This document shows positions 10,160 to 19,293 of a stretch of 64,000 nucleotides of DNA, in pieces. The DNA is from an uncultured Gemmatimonadales bacterium (GTDB lineage: Bacteria > Gemmatimonadota > Gemmatimonadetes > Longimicrobiales > RSA9), in assembly GCA_963798085.1 (NCBI GenBank), contig CAWCRS010000012.1, forward strand, positions 32,986-96,985. The letters are read 5' to 3'. The notes under the pieces are model-generated. The model worked only from the letters and a program-made list of their open reading frames with translations. It ran no database searches and was not told the origin of the DNA. The stretch's first letter is position 1, and each line of letters begins with the position of its first letter. A program made the position numbers and the translations under genes.

Positions 10160-10185
10160 GACGCACGGGGCGGTTATAGCGTTGG
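10160..10185 (-). promoter_or_regulatory. Possible ECF-type autoregulatory promoter
   Basis: The minus strand reads CCAAC-N17-CGTC, ending 12 nt upstream of the ATG. It matches the generic ECF AAC/CGT pattern, but the motif is short. Confidence 0.3.
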
Positions 10186-10303
10186 CGCGCAGCGGCGGCC
10201 CGCCGCGAGGCCCGACCGCCTGCCGCCCGGCCCGTGGCAGGACCGACGCGCCAGCCGGCGGCGCGCACTACCCGCCTGCCTGTCCGCGACCCTGCCATCC
10301 GCC

Positions 10304-12550
10304 TCAGCGATTGATCTCCACAGCCGGGTCCGACCCCTTGAGGAAGCGTTCCAGATAGCGGAAATAGATGTGCATCATCAGCAGGTAACTCTGCGCGTTG
10401 TACGCGGCGCCGTGCGCGCCCGGCGGGAAAATGCGCAGGTCCACATCCTTGCCCGCATTGGTGAACGCCGTCAGCATGTGCATGGTGTTCACCGGGTGCA
10501 CATTGTCATCCATCATGGAGTGCACGAGCAGCAGCCGGCCGTGCAGTTTGTCGGCGAGGTCCACCGCCGAGCTCTGCGCGTAGCCCTTCTCGTTGTCGCT
10601 CAGCGTGCTCATGTAGCGCTCGGTGTAGATGGTGTCGTAGAGACGCCAGTCGCTCACCGGTGAATTGGCAATGCCCAGCGTGAACGCGTCCGGGTACGCG
10701 AGCATTGTGTAGAGCGTGCTGTAACCGCCATAGCTGGTGCCCATGATGGCCATGTGCGAGCCATCGACCCAGGACTGCTTTGCCAGCCACTGCGCGGCCT
10801 CCGCAAAGTCGTGCGCTTCGTACCTGCCCAGCGATTTGTAGACGACTTTCATGAAATCGCGACTGTAGTTGGCCGTGCCGCGATTGTTGAGGCCCACGAC
10901 GATGTAGCCCTGCTGCGCCAGCCACTGGTCCCAGCCACTGCTGTCGAAGGCGTTGTAGACCTGCTGCGAGCCGGGCCCGCCGTAGATGGCCATGACCACG
11001 GGATAACGCTTCGTGGAATCGAACGGCACGGGCCGCACCATCGAGCCATCGAGGCGGGCACCATCCGACGTGGTGAAGCTGAACAGCCGCATGGGCGAGT
11101 AGGTGTGCCCGCTCAGCCACGTGCTGACAGCCGTGTTAGCCTCCAGCACGGAAATGCGCCTGCCGGCACTCGACCACAGCTCGACCCGCCGCGGCTGCGT
11201 GGTGCTGGACCAGCTGTCAATGTAGAAGCGCGCGTTCGGCCCCATGTCAATGCTGTGCCGGCCGGGCGGCGTGGTGATGCGCTGCTGCCCCGTGCCATCG
11301 AAACGGATCGACCAGAGCTGCCGCTCCAGGGGCGAAGGCTGCGTCAATGTGTAATAGACTGTTCGGTTCTTCACGTCGATGCCTTCGACGCGCGTGACCG
11401 TCCAGTCGCCTTTCGTCACCTGCCCCAGCAGGCGGCCGGCGTAGTCGTAGCGGTAAATGTGCTGGTGGCCGTCGCGGTCGGAGATCCAGAAGAACTCGCG
11501 CAGGCCCGCCGGGAACGTGACCAGGTCGTTCACACCGGCATAGAAGTCGTAGACATCGATCCACGTGTCCGACGTCTGCGTCAGCACCAGACGGCCCTCG
11601 CCCGTGCCCACATCGAAGAAGTACAGCTTCATGGTGTTCTGCGGGCGATTCAGCGTCATGAGCGCGAGCGTGTCGCGCGCGCCCGTCCAGTACATGCGCG
11701 GAATGTAGTACTCGCCCGCTTCGTGCGGATCCAGCCAGACCCGATTGCCGCTGCTCACATCGACCACACCAATGCGGACATTCGCGTTGCGGTCGCCGGG
11801 CTGCGGAATGCGCAGCGGCTCCCACTCGGGATGCGGGCCGGCGAAATCGCTCAGCTGGATGAAGGGCTCCGGACTCTCGTCCACCTGCCAGAAGGCGATG
11901 TGGCGCGAGTCCGGCGACCAGTTCCACGCCTGCGCCTGGCCGAACTCTTCTTCGTAGACCCAGTCGAAATGGCCGTTGTACGTGGTCTCCGTGGCGTCAC
12001 GAGTCAGCTGCTGCTCGTGTGCGTTCGCCAGGTCGGACACGAACAGATTGCCGCCGCGCTCGTAACCGAGAATTGCGCCATCGGGCGACAGCTCGGCCGT
12101 GCGCGCGCCCCTGGTTGCCAGCTCCAGCGCGCGATTCGCCGGCGTGTAGATGTAGTAGTCCGACGTGCCGGAGCGGCGGAACAGCTGCTGGAAGTTGGCC
12201 TGGAAAACCAGGTGCTTCGAGTCCGCCGACCACTGGAACGCCTCGTAGCGGAAGGGCTGCGTGGTTCCCGGGAAGTTGAGACCCGAGCCATCGAAGAGCA
12301 GGGTGTCGCGGCCGCTCGCCGGATCCAGCACACGGATCTCGGAGCGGCCCGACTGCGCATTGCGGGTCACATAGCTGAAGCGGTTGCCACCCTCGATCCA
12401 GTTCACGTTCTGCGGACCGGCGCCGCCGGACAGCGCACCGCTCGCACCCAGCGCTTCGTCGAGGGACGCGAAGCGCTGTTGCTGCGCGGCGGCCGGGGCC
12501 ACGCCAATGGCACACAATGTCAGGGAGAGCAGCAGGCGATTCATCTGCAT
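10304..12550 (-). CDS. S9 family dipeptidyl-peptidase IV-like protein, secreted
   Basis: Start taken at MQMNRLLL (signal peptide). DWVYEEE, YGGPGSQ, nucleophile GTSYGG, DDNVH, and catalytic His in GAHG. Confidence 0.93.
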   Translation of the reverse strand: MQMNRLLLSLTLCAIGVAPAAAQQQRFASLDEALGASGALSGGAGPQNVNWIEGGNRFSYVTRNAQSGRSEIRVLDPASGRDTLLFDGSGLNFPGTTQPFRYEAFQWSADSKHLVFQANFQQLFRRSGTSDYYIYTPANRALELATRGARTAELSPDGAILGYERGGNLFVSDLANAHEQQLTRDATETTYNGHFDWVYEEEFGQAQAWNWSPDSRHIAFWQVDESPEPFIQLSDFAGPHPEWEPLRIPQPGDRNANVRIGVVDVSSGNRVWLDPHEAGEYYIPRMYWTGARDTLALMTLNRPQNTMKLYFFDVGTGEGRLVLTQTSDTWIDVYDFYAGVNDLVTFPAGLREFFWISDRDGHQHIYRYDYAGRLLGQVTKGDWTVTRVEGIDVKNRTVYYTLTQPSPLERQLWSIRFDGTGQQRITTPPGRHSIDMGPNARFYIDSWSSTTQPRRVELWSSAGRRISVLEANTAVSTWLSGHTYSPMRLFSFTTSDGARLDGSMVRPVPFDSTKRYPVVMAIYGGPGSQQVYNAFDSSGWDQWLAQQGYIVVGLNNRGTANYSRDFMKVVYKSLGRYEAHDFAEAAQWLAKQSWVDGSHMAIMGTSYGGYSTLYTMLAYPDAFTLGIANSPVSDWRLYDTIYTERYMSTLSDNEKGYAQSSAVDLADKLHGRLLLVHSMMDDNVHPVNTMHMLTAFTNAGKDVDLRIFPPGAHGAAYNAQSYLLMMHIYFRYLERFLKGSDPAVEINR

Positions 12551-12704
12551 CTTCTTCGTTCCCGTCTCCGTTGATTCGGTTGCAAAGCCAGGGTGCAGCC
12601 GGGATTCGCGGACGCGGAACGCGAGATGATGCGACACGCTCAGCGCGTGCCCGGCCCGGCCCTCCTCGCGCGCGAATCCGCGTTCATGCCGGGGGAACTA
12701 TCCG

Positions 12705-14696
12705 CTACGACGTCGCGGCTGTCCATACGTTGTTGGTGCGATTGATGTCGACGAGTCGATGATCGGGATCGAGCTCGATCTTCGCCGGCCGCTTGCCCAC
12801 GAACGTGTAGTGGCGCACGTAGTGCGCGGCGTCCATGCTCCACACCTCGGCCGGGTAGTCGAAGTCCTCCACGGTGCCGTCGCTGAGCGTGATGCGCGCA
12901 CGGATGGGCAGCACGCCGCGCTCGTGGTTGCCGTAGACCACGGTGACTGTGGTGGTGTCGCCTTCCTGCGCTACCGCCACCGAATCGAGCGCCTGATCGA
13001 AGCGCTGGTTCTGCTCGAACCACTCGCGCCAGAACCAGTCGAGCCTGCGGCCGGATCCGTCTTCCATGGTGCGGAAGAAATCGGCGGGCGTCGGATGCTT
13101 GTAGGCCCAGCGCCGGATGTAGAGGCGGAACGCGTCGTCGAATGCTTCCGGCCCCAGGATCTCCTGGCGCAGCAGCTGCAGCCCGACCGACGGCTTGTAG
13201 TACGCCTCGATGCCCAGCATGGGCGGATCGATGCGATCCGGCGGGCGATCCACGGGCTGATCGAAGTGCCGGGCCATGGCCTGCTCGATCAGCATGCGCT
13301 CGCGACCCGCGCGCTCCATCTGATCGCCACGGTCCGGATAGCGCTTCGCTTCGGAGAAGGTGTTGATGAAGGTGTTGAAGCCCTCGTCCTGCCACATGTA
13401 CAGGCGCTCGTTGCTGCCCACGATCATGGGGAACCAGTTATGGCCGATCTCGTGGGTGATCACATTGTAGAGGTCGGGCCGGTCCTGGCCGTTCGCTTCC
13501 ATGGCCAGCATCGGGTACTCCATGCCGCTGATGGGCCCCTCGACCGCCGAGATCTGCGGGTACGGATACGGGAACCAGCGCGTCGAATACTCCTCGATCG
13601 ACATCCTCGCCTGGTCCGCGCCATCACTCCAGTTCGCGGCAGCCGCCGGACGGTAGTAGGCCTGGGCCAGGATACCATGCCAGCTGGAGGCATCCCACTG
13701 GTACTCAGGCGACGCCGCCCATGCCACGTCCCGTACGTTGTCCGCCCTGAACTTCCACGTCAGCATCCCGCTCGCGCGCGGGCGGGCGCTGCCATCCTTC
13801 AGCTCGGCGGCCGTCACGATCGCGACCGGCGTGTCCGACTTCGCCGCCTTCGCCAGGCGGGCGATCTGTGCGGGCGTCAGCACTTCGATCGCGTTGGTGA
13901 GCATGCCCGTGCCCGCCACGATGTAGCCTGCGGGCACCGTGACGTCGTACGTGAAGTCGCCGTACTCGAGGTAGAACTCGCCCTGTCCCAGATAGGGCTC
14001 GAAGTTCCAGCCGTGCACGTCGTCGTAGACCGCGACGCGCGGATACCACTGCGCCAGCTCGAACAATGGACCATCGCGACCCATGCGGTCGGCGCCGTGT
14101 TCGGGCACCTCGAAATGCCAGGCCACCTCCAGCGTGGCGGTGGCGCCGGGCGCGAGCGGCTGCGCCAGGTCCACCTTCATCACCGTGCCGTTCGCGCGCG
14201 ACTCGAGCGGGACGGCGCGGCCCGGCTTGCCCGGCGCACCCGGCAGCCGCTGCACCAGCCGGTCCATCATGTCGCCACCCTCGAAACCGCGCGCGCCGAA
14301 GCGTGCCTCCTCCGGAAAGACGTAGGAGTTCAGCGAATTGCGCTTGAACGCGTTCTGCTCGACCTGCAGCCAGAGGAAGGACAGCGTGTCCGGCGAGTGG
14401 TTCGTGTACCGCAGCGTCAGCTCGCCCTTGAGCGACTTCGACGCCGTGTCGAGCGTCGCCTTCAGTGCGTAGTCGGCGCGGTTCTGCCAGTAGCGCGGGC
14501 CCGGTGCGCCGGAAGCGGATCGATAGAGATTCGGGTCGCGCAGGCGCAGGGGCGCGAAGATCGACGTGTCGCCTACAGCCTGAAACGACTTGGCCTGTGC
14601 CGCCTGCGTGCTGCCTGTCTGTCCGCTCGTGCCCTGGGCGGCGACGCCGGTCGCCAGCACGAGCACCAGCAAAATGCCCACATGCGATGCGCGCAT
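12705..14696 (-). CDS. M1-family zinc aminopeptidase, secreted
   Basis: AAGGAG RBS before MRASHVGILL (signal peptide). GMEYP, HEIGH-x18-E (WQDEGFNT). Confidence 0.93.
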   Translation of the reverse strand: MRASHVGILLVLVLATGVAAQGTSGQTGSTQAAQAKSFQAVGDTSIFAPLRLRDPNLYRSASGAPGPRYWQNRADYALKATLDTASKSLKGELTLRYTNHSPDTLSFLWLQVEQNAFKRNSLNSYVFPEEARFGARGFEGGDMMDRLVQRLPGAPGKPGRAVPLESRANGTVMKVDLAQPLAPGATATLEVAWHFEVPEHGADRMGRDGPLFELAQWYPRVAVYDDVHGWNFEPYLGQGEFYLEYGDFTYDVTVPAGYIVAGTGMLTNAIEVLTPAQIARLAKAAKSDTPVAIVTAAELKDGSARPRASGMLTWKFRADNVRDVAWAASPEYQWDASSWHGILAQAYYRPAAAANWSDGADQARMSIEEYSTRWFPYPYPQISAVEGPISGMEYPMLAMEANGQDRPDLYNVITHEIGHNWFPMIVGSNERLYMWQDEGFNTFINTFSEAKRYPDRGDQMERAGRERMLIEQAMARHFDQPVDRPPDRIDPPMLGIEAYYKPSVGLQLLRQEILGPEAFDDAFRLYIRRWAYKHPTPADFFRTMEDGSGRRLDWFWREWFEQNQRFDQALDSVAVAQEGDTTTVTVVYGNHERGVLPIRARITLSDGTVEDFDYPAEVWSMDAAHYVRHYTFVGKRPAKIELDPDHRLVDINRTNNVWTAATS

Positions 14697-14831
14697 GAAG
14701 CTCTCCTTGTGCCACCCAGATTCATTCGGGGTGGCGAGCACATACACAGCGTAAGGCTGGTCGTTCCTGCGGGTTGGCGGACGGCAATTGCATACCTTGC
14801 CGTATACGATACCTCCGCGTAGCTTCCCCGT

Positions 14832-15719
14832 ATGAGCCGCAATCTCGACCACTTCGGCCAGAACGACCACGCGGGCACCCACCCCGGTGTCACGTTCGCC
14901 GCCGCGCGCGCCGAAGTCGCCAGCGAGGTACGGCCCCTCGTGAGCGCCGCCGATCTGGTCGCATGCGTTCGACTGCAGCAGCTGACCTGGGGACCCGGCT
15001 ATCGGGACACCGTGCCGGCCTCCGTGCTCAAGGTCTCGCAGAAGGTGGGCGGCCTGGCCGCCGGCGCGTTTGCCGTCGATGGCGAGCTGCTGGGCTTCGT
15101 CTATGGGTTGACCGGGCTCGATCCGCAGGGTCGGATCGTGCACTGGTCACACATGCTCGCGGTGCATCCGGCGTGGCGAGATCACGGCATTGGCCGGCGC
15201 CTGAAGCAGTACCAGCGCGAGTACCTGCGTGAGCTGGGCGTCGAGGTGATGCACTGGTCGTTCGATCCGCTGGTGGCGAGGAACGCGCACCTGAATGTGA
15301 ACGTGCTGGGCGCCCGCCTGGTGGAGTACGTCCCCGACATGTACGCGGACACGGGCAGTGACCTGCACACGTTCGGCACGGACCGCTGGGTCGCGGAATG
15401 GCCTGTGAGTCCGCTGGCAGGCGCGCTGCCGGAAGCTGTGGCCGGGCACCGCCAGGCGCCGGTGTGGTCCGGCCACAGCGATGGCGCCGGCGGCAACGGC
15501 GGGAGTCATGGTGAGGTCGACGCCCCGCCGCCTGTGGTGCGTGTGGAGATCCCGCTGGACGCGGAGACGGCCGGGCCGACCGCACTGCCCGAGCTGCTGG
15601 GCTGGCGCCAGCGCACGCGCGCGGCGTTCCTCTGCCTGCTGGGCCGCGGCTATGGCGTCCGGAGCTTCTACCGGGACGCCGGCCGCTGCTTCTACGTGCT
15701 GACCCGATCCTCCAGCTGA
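14832..15719 (+). CDS. GNAT acyltransferase, probable D-amino acid N-succinyltransferase type
   Basis: HWSHMLAVHPAWRDHGIGRRLK, WSFDPLVARNAHLN, TDR motif. Directly upstream of the NSAR/OSBS gene. Confidence 0.8.
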   Translation: MSRNLDHFGQNDHAGTHPGVTFAAARAEVASEVRPLVSAADLVACVRLQQLTWGPGYRDTVPASVLKVSQKVGGLAAGAFAVDGELLGFVYGLTGLDPQGRIVHWSHMLAVHPAWRDHGIGRRLKQYQREYLRELGVEVMHWSFDPLVARNAHLNVNVLGARLVEYVPDMYADTGSDLHTFGTDRWVAEWPVSPLAGALPEAVAGHRQAPVWSGHSDGAGGNGGSHGEVDAPPPVVRVEIPLDAETAGPTALPELLGWRQRTRAAFLCLLGRGYGVRSFYRDAGRCFYVLTRSSS

Positions 15720-15720
15720 C

Positions 15721-16836
15721 GTGCTGCGCCTCGAGCGGATCCGCCGGCGCGAGATCCGGCTGCCGCTGCGCGAGCCCTTCCGCATTTCCTCCGGCGAGGT
15801 GACCGAACGACGCATCCTCCTCGTGGAACTGGAGGATGCGGACGGCGTGCGTGTGTGGGCCGAGTCCGTGGCCGGCGAATTCCCCAACTACAGTCCCGAG
15901 ACTGTAGACACGGCGTTTCTGGCGCTGGAGCGCTGGATCGTGCCGCGTCTGCTGGGTCGCGAGCTGCAGGGCCCGGAAGCTGTGCACGCCCTGCTCGAGG
16001 CGGACTTCCGCGGCCATCGCATGGCCAAGGCCGCGGTCGAGATGGGCTGCTGGGTGCTGGAGGCGGCGCGTCGCGGCGAGCCACTGGCGCGCGTGCTGGG
16101 CGGTACGCGCGAGCGCATCGAGGTCGGGATCTCGCTGGGCATCCAGCGCTCCCCGGCGGCGCTCGTCGAGCGGGCGGCGGCGGCGCTGGCCGAGGGCTAC
16201 CACAAGATCAAGATGAAAATCGCGCCCGGCTCCGACCTGCAGTTCGTGGGCGCTGCGCGCGAGGCGCTGGGCCCGGCGGCGCCACTCATGGCGGACGCCA
16301 ACAACGCCTACGACCTGAGCGATGCCGACCGGCTTGCGGGGCTGGACGCTTTCGGCCTGCTCATGATCGAGCAGCCACTCGATACCGAGGACCTGGCCCG
16401 ACACGCCGAGTTGCAACGGCGGCTGCGCACACCCATCTGCCTGGATGAGTCGATCACGTCGCTGCGCCGCGCGGAGGACATGGTGCGGCTGGGCAGCGGC
16501 CGCATCGTCAACATCAAGCCGGGCCGCGTGGGCGGCTTCGCCGAGTCCATTGCCATCCACGACTTCTGCCGGGCGCACGGCGTACCCGTGTGGTGTGGTG
16601 GCATGCTGGAGAGCGGCATCGGCCGCGCCTGCAACGTGGCACTGGCCTCGCTGTCCGGCTTCACCATCCCGGGCGACCTCTCGCCCAGCGCGCGCTACTG
16701 GCAGCGCGACATCGTGGTGCCCGAATGGACCATGTCCGCCGAGGGCACCGTGACCGTACCGCTCGACCGCCCTGGCCTTGGCGTCGAGGTCGATGAGGAC
16801 CGGGTGGATGACCTGACGGTTCGCATCGAAGGGTGA
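15721..16836 (+). CDS. menC: N-succinylamino acid racemase / o-succinylbenzoate synthase (enolase superfamily)
   Basis: KIKMK, DAN, EQP, DES, NIKPGRVGG, WCGGMLESGIGRA, PGDLSPS are NSAR/OSBS subfamily motifs. Confidence 0.88.
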   Translation: MLRLERIRRREIRLPLREPFRISSGEVTERRILLVELEDADGVRVWAESVAGEFPNYSPETVDTAFLALERWIVPRLLGRELQGPEAVHALLEADFRGHRMAKAAVEMGCWVLEAARRGEPLARVLGGTRERIEVGISLGIQRSPAALVERAAAALAEGYHKIKMKIAPGSDLQFVGAAREALGPAAPLMADANNAYDLSDADRLAGLDAFGLLMIEQPLDTEDLARHAELQRRLRTPICLDESITSLRRAEDMVRLGSGRIVNIKPGRVGGFAESIAIHDFCRAHGVPVWCGGMLESGIGRACNVALASLSGFTIPGDLSPSARYWQRDIVVPEWTMSAEGTVTVPLDRPGLGVEVDEDRVDDLTVRIEG

Positions 16837-16840
16837 ACAT

Positions 16841-16988
16841 CGTTGCCTGGGCTGGCTGCTCGGGCCGGTGGCTCGGCAACAATGATGGAATTCCCTGCGC
16901 CCCACAACGCGGTTCCGTGCCTGTCTGATCCGATCCTGAGCAAGGGACCAGCCCGAGCAACCAGCCCGAGCAACGAGCCCCAGCAACG
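16841..16988. repeat. Inverted-arm element built from 13-bp units (GTTGCTCGGGCTG), copy 1
   Basis: Left arm 16841-16876 has three degenerate units. Right arm 16948-16988 is their reverse complement (CCAGCCCGAGCAA x2 plus CGAGCCCCAGCAACG). Confidence 0.8.
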
Positions 16989-17144
16989 GTTTACAGCCGT
17001 CTGGCTTCAGTCCGCCGGCCAGGCGCCGATACCGGTGGGAGAGGGCGCGGCCGCTGGTCGGTGGTCGGGGTGGCCGGGTGTACCGGCAGGGCCCAGTATG
17101 TCTGCGTTCTCTGAGCCGTTCCGCAAGCACGAAGAGACCGGGCG

Positions 17145-17483
17145 ATGAAGTGGCAGTTCGAGCGGGCGTATTACCGCATTGAGTATCCCATTTTCGAGCG
17201 GCCGTGGTTCGACATCGGCGGCAGGATCCACGATGTCGTCGACTGCTCGGAGGCAGGATTGCGCTACCGACTCGCGGGCGCAGCGGGCGGGCCGCCGAAG
17301 ATCGGCGACACCATCAGCGGCCAGCTGCGCTTTCGCCGGGGCGAGCAGGTGGAAGTCGCCGGCCGCGTCGTGCGCGTCCAGGACGGCCAGATCGCCCTCA
17401 ACCTCGACCCGCCCGGCATTCCCCTCAAGATCATCTTCGATGAGCAGCGGTTCATACTCAAGAAGTATCCGCAAAGACAATAG
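17145..17483 (+). CDS. Stand-alone PilZ-domain (c-di-GMP-binding) protein
   Basis: RAYYR (RxxxR) and DCSEAG (DxSxxG) motifs, EVAGRVVRV strand. Confidence 0.85.
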   Translation: MKWQFERAYYRIEYPIFERPWFDIGGRIHDVVDCSEAGLRYRLAGAAGGPPKIGDTISGQLRFRRGEQVEVAGRVVRVQDGQIALNLDPPGIPLKIIFDEQRFILKKYPQRQ

Positions 17484-17498
17484 CCATAGAACAGAACG

Positions 17499-17743
17499 CG
17501 TTGCTGGGGCTGGTTGCTGGGGCTGGTTGCTCGGGAACGGCTACGGATTCAACGGCGTTGCTTTGCGGTGGTCGCTCGGACTGGTTGCCGGGAAACAGAC
17601 AGGACAGCTGCGGCAAACCGTCATGGGCTCCGCGTACTAACGCGCGGTTTGGTCAACCGCGAAACCTGTCCAGCATGTGAGCGCGCTCCCATTATCCGTT
17701 GTGGCTCCCGAGCCACAAGCCCGAGCGACCAGCCCCAGCAACG
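17499..17743. repeat. Inverted-arm 13-bp-unit element, copy 2
   Basis: Left arm CGTTGCTGGGGCTGGTTGCTGGGGCTGGTTGCTCGGGA (17499-17536), internal partial copy at about 17570-17593, complementary right arm at 17706-17743. Confidence 0.8.
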
Positions 17744-17777
17744 CCGTTTCCGTCGCTATTGTTGCCGTTGTCGCGGT

Positions 17778-19247
17778 TCAACTGACGGGCTTGGGCAGCG
17801 GGCCCTGGCGCGTGGCGGCTTCCCAGGCAATGACGGCCATGACGATCGAGGACTGCACGAGGTCCTCGGGGCGGACGCGTTCGTAGAAGTCGGTGTTGGT
17901 GTGATGGGTGCGGGTGTCGTAGTCCGTGTAGTCCTTGATGGTGTTGAAGCCGGGCACACCGGCGGCGATGAAGCTGAGGTGGTCGGTGGCGCCGATGTGG
18001 TCGAGGACGTTCCTGCGCATGCCGAGGTCGCGCAGCGGCGCGAGCCAGGCGTCGAAGATGGGCTTGATGGCGGTGTTCTCCTCGAGGTAGTAGCCGTAGA
18101 TGGGACCGGTGCCGGGATCCGAGTTGAGGTAGAGGTACAAGTGGTCGCGGGCGGCGCGGTTGGCGGGACCTTCGAGGTGCTGGTGCACCCAGGCCTTGCT
18201 GCCCAGCAGGCCTTCCTCTTCCCCGCCCCACAGCGCGAAGCGGATGGTCCGCCGGGGCTGCACGCCGGTCGCCTTCAGGATGCGCAACGCCTCCATCAGC
18301 TCGGCGGCATCATCGGCATTGTCCGTGGCGCCGGTGGCGGAATGCCAGGAGTCGAGGTGTGCGCCCAGCATGACGACCTCGTCCTTCAGCGCGGGATCGG
18401 TGCCCGGGATCTCCGCGATGACGTTGTACGCATTGCGATCCTGCTCGTGGTAGCGCGTGCCCAGCTCGACGCGTACGCGCGGCGGGCGGTCACTCTGCGC
18501 GAGTCGCACTAACATGTTGTAATGCTCGGACGCCACGATGATGGCGGGCACGGCGTCATCCGGCGTGGCACGGTTGCCCAGCACGAACAGTGTGCCGTGC
18601 TGGCCCGCATTGGGCCGCAGCACGACGGCGGCGCCGGCCTGCTGGAGCAGCGCGGTCATTTCGCGCAGCGGAGTCTTCGGGTTGTTGGGCGGATTGCGCG
18701 GCTGGCCGATGGGCACACGCGCGTCGCTGCTGCTGGGCTGGAGCCGGTCTTCGGTGATGAAGCGGGTCTGCGGCGGCAGCGCCAGCACGATGGCGCCGCG
18801 CAGCTTCGCGCTCAGCGCCGTGATCTCCTCCGCCGTGCGATCGCCGACATAGATGGGTTCACCTTCGATGACGCCGTGTGTCGATGGCGTCCACGCCTCG
18901 GGGTAGCCGATCAGCGGAAAATAGCGCGGCGAGGTCAACTCGAGTGTGAGCTTTTCGAGAGTCCAGCCGCGGCCGAACTCCCACGGTTCCAGGTGCGCAT
19001 TGCCGGCGCCCCAGGATGCGAGCTGGCCGCGCGTCCAGTCGGCCGCCTGCCTGAACGCGGGCGAGCCCGTGAGACGTGGGCCAATGATGTTGGTGAGCAT
19101 GTTGAAGGTCTCGAGCACGTGCGAATGATCGAGACCCTCGGCGCGGATGCGCGCGATCGTCGCGCTGTCGGCGCGTGCCTGTGCGCACAGACCGGGCGCG
19201 TGCGCGGTCGTGATGAGGATGAGGCAGCAGGCGACGATGCGCTTCAT
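17778..19247 (-). CDS. M28-family metallopeptidase (carboxypeptidase Q-like), secreted
   Basis: AAGGAG RBS, signal peptide MKRIVACC. GPRLTGS, GAHLDSWH, GATDN, WGGEEEGLLGS, TDH, HHTNTD. Confidence 0.92.
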   Translation of the reverse strand: MKRIVACCLILITTAHAPGLCAQARADSATIARIRAEGLDHSHVLETFNMLTNIIGPRLTGSPAFRQAADWTRGQLASWGAGNAHLEPWEFGRGWTLEKLTLELTSPRYFPLIGYPEAWTPSTHGVIEGEPIYVGDRTAEEITALSAKLRGAIVLALPPQTRFITEDRLQPSSSDARVPIGQPRNPPNNPKTPLREMTALLQQAGAAVVLRPNAGQHGTLFVLGNRATPDDAVPAIIVASEHYNMLVRLAQSDRPPRVRVELGTRYHEQDRNAYNVIAEIPGTDPALKDEVVMLGAHLDSWHSATGATDNADDAAELMEALRILKATGVQPRRTIRFALWGGEEEGLLGSKAWVHQHLEGPANRAARDHLYLYLNSDPGTGPIYGYYLEENTAIKPIFDAWLAPLRDLGMRRNVLDHIGATDHLSFIAAGVPGFNTIKDYTDYDTRTHHTNTDFYERVRPEDLVQSSIVMAVIAWEAATRQGPLPKPVS

Positions 19248-19293
19248 GGTGCGCTCCTTTTCCGCGGGGAAGAGGCAGGGCCGGCGCACCGTG

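Noticed and set aside
14774..14792. Sigma-54 promoter (TTGGCGG...TTGCA)
   Set aside because: The GG to GC spacing is 9 or 12 nt, not the required 10.
15721..16836. Menaquinone biosynthesis cluster
   Set aside because: No other men genes are nearby, and the GNAT partner points to the racemase role.
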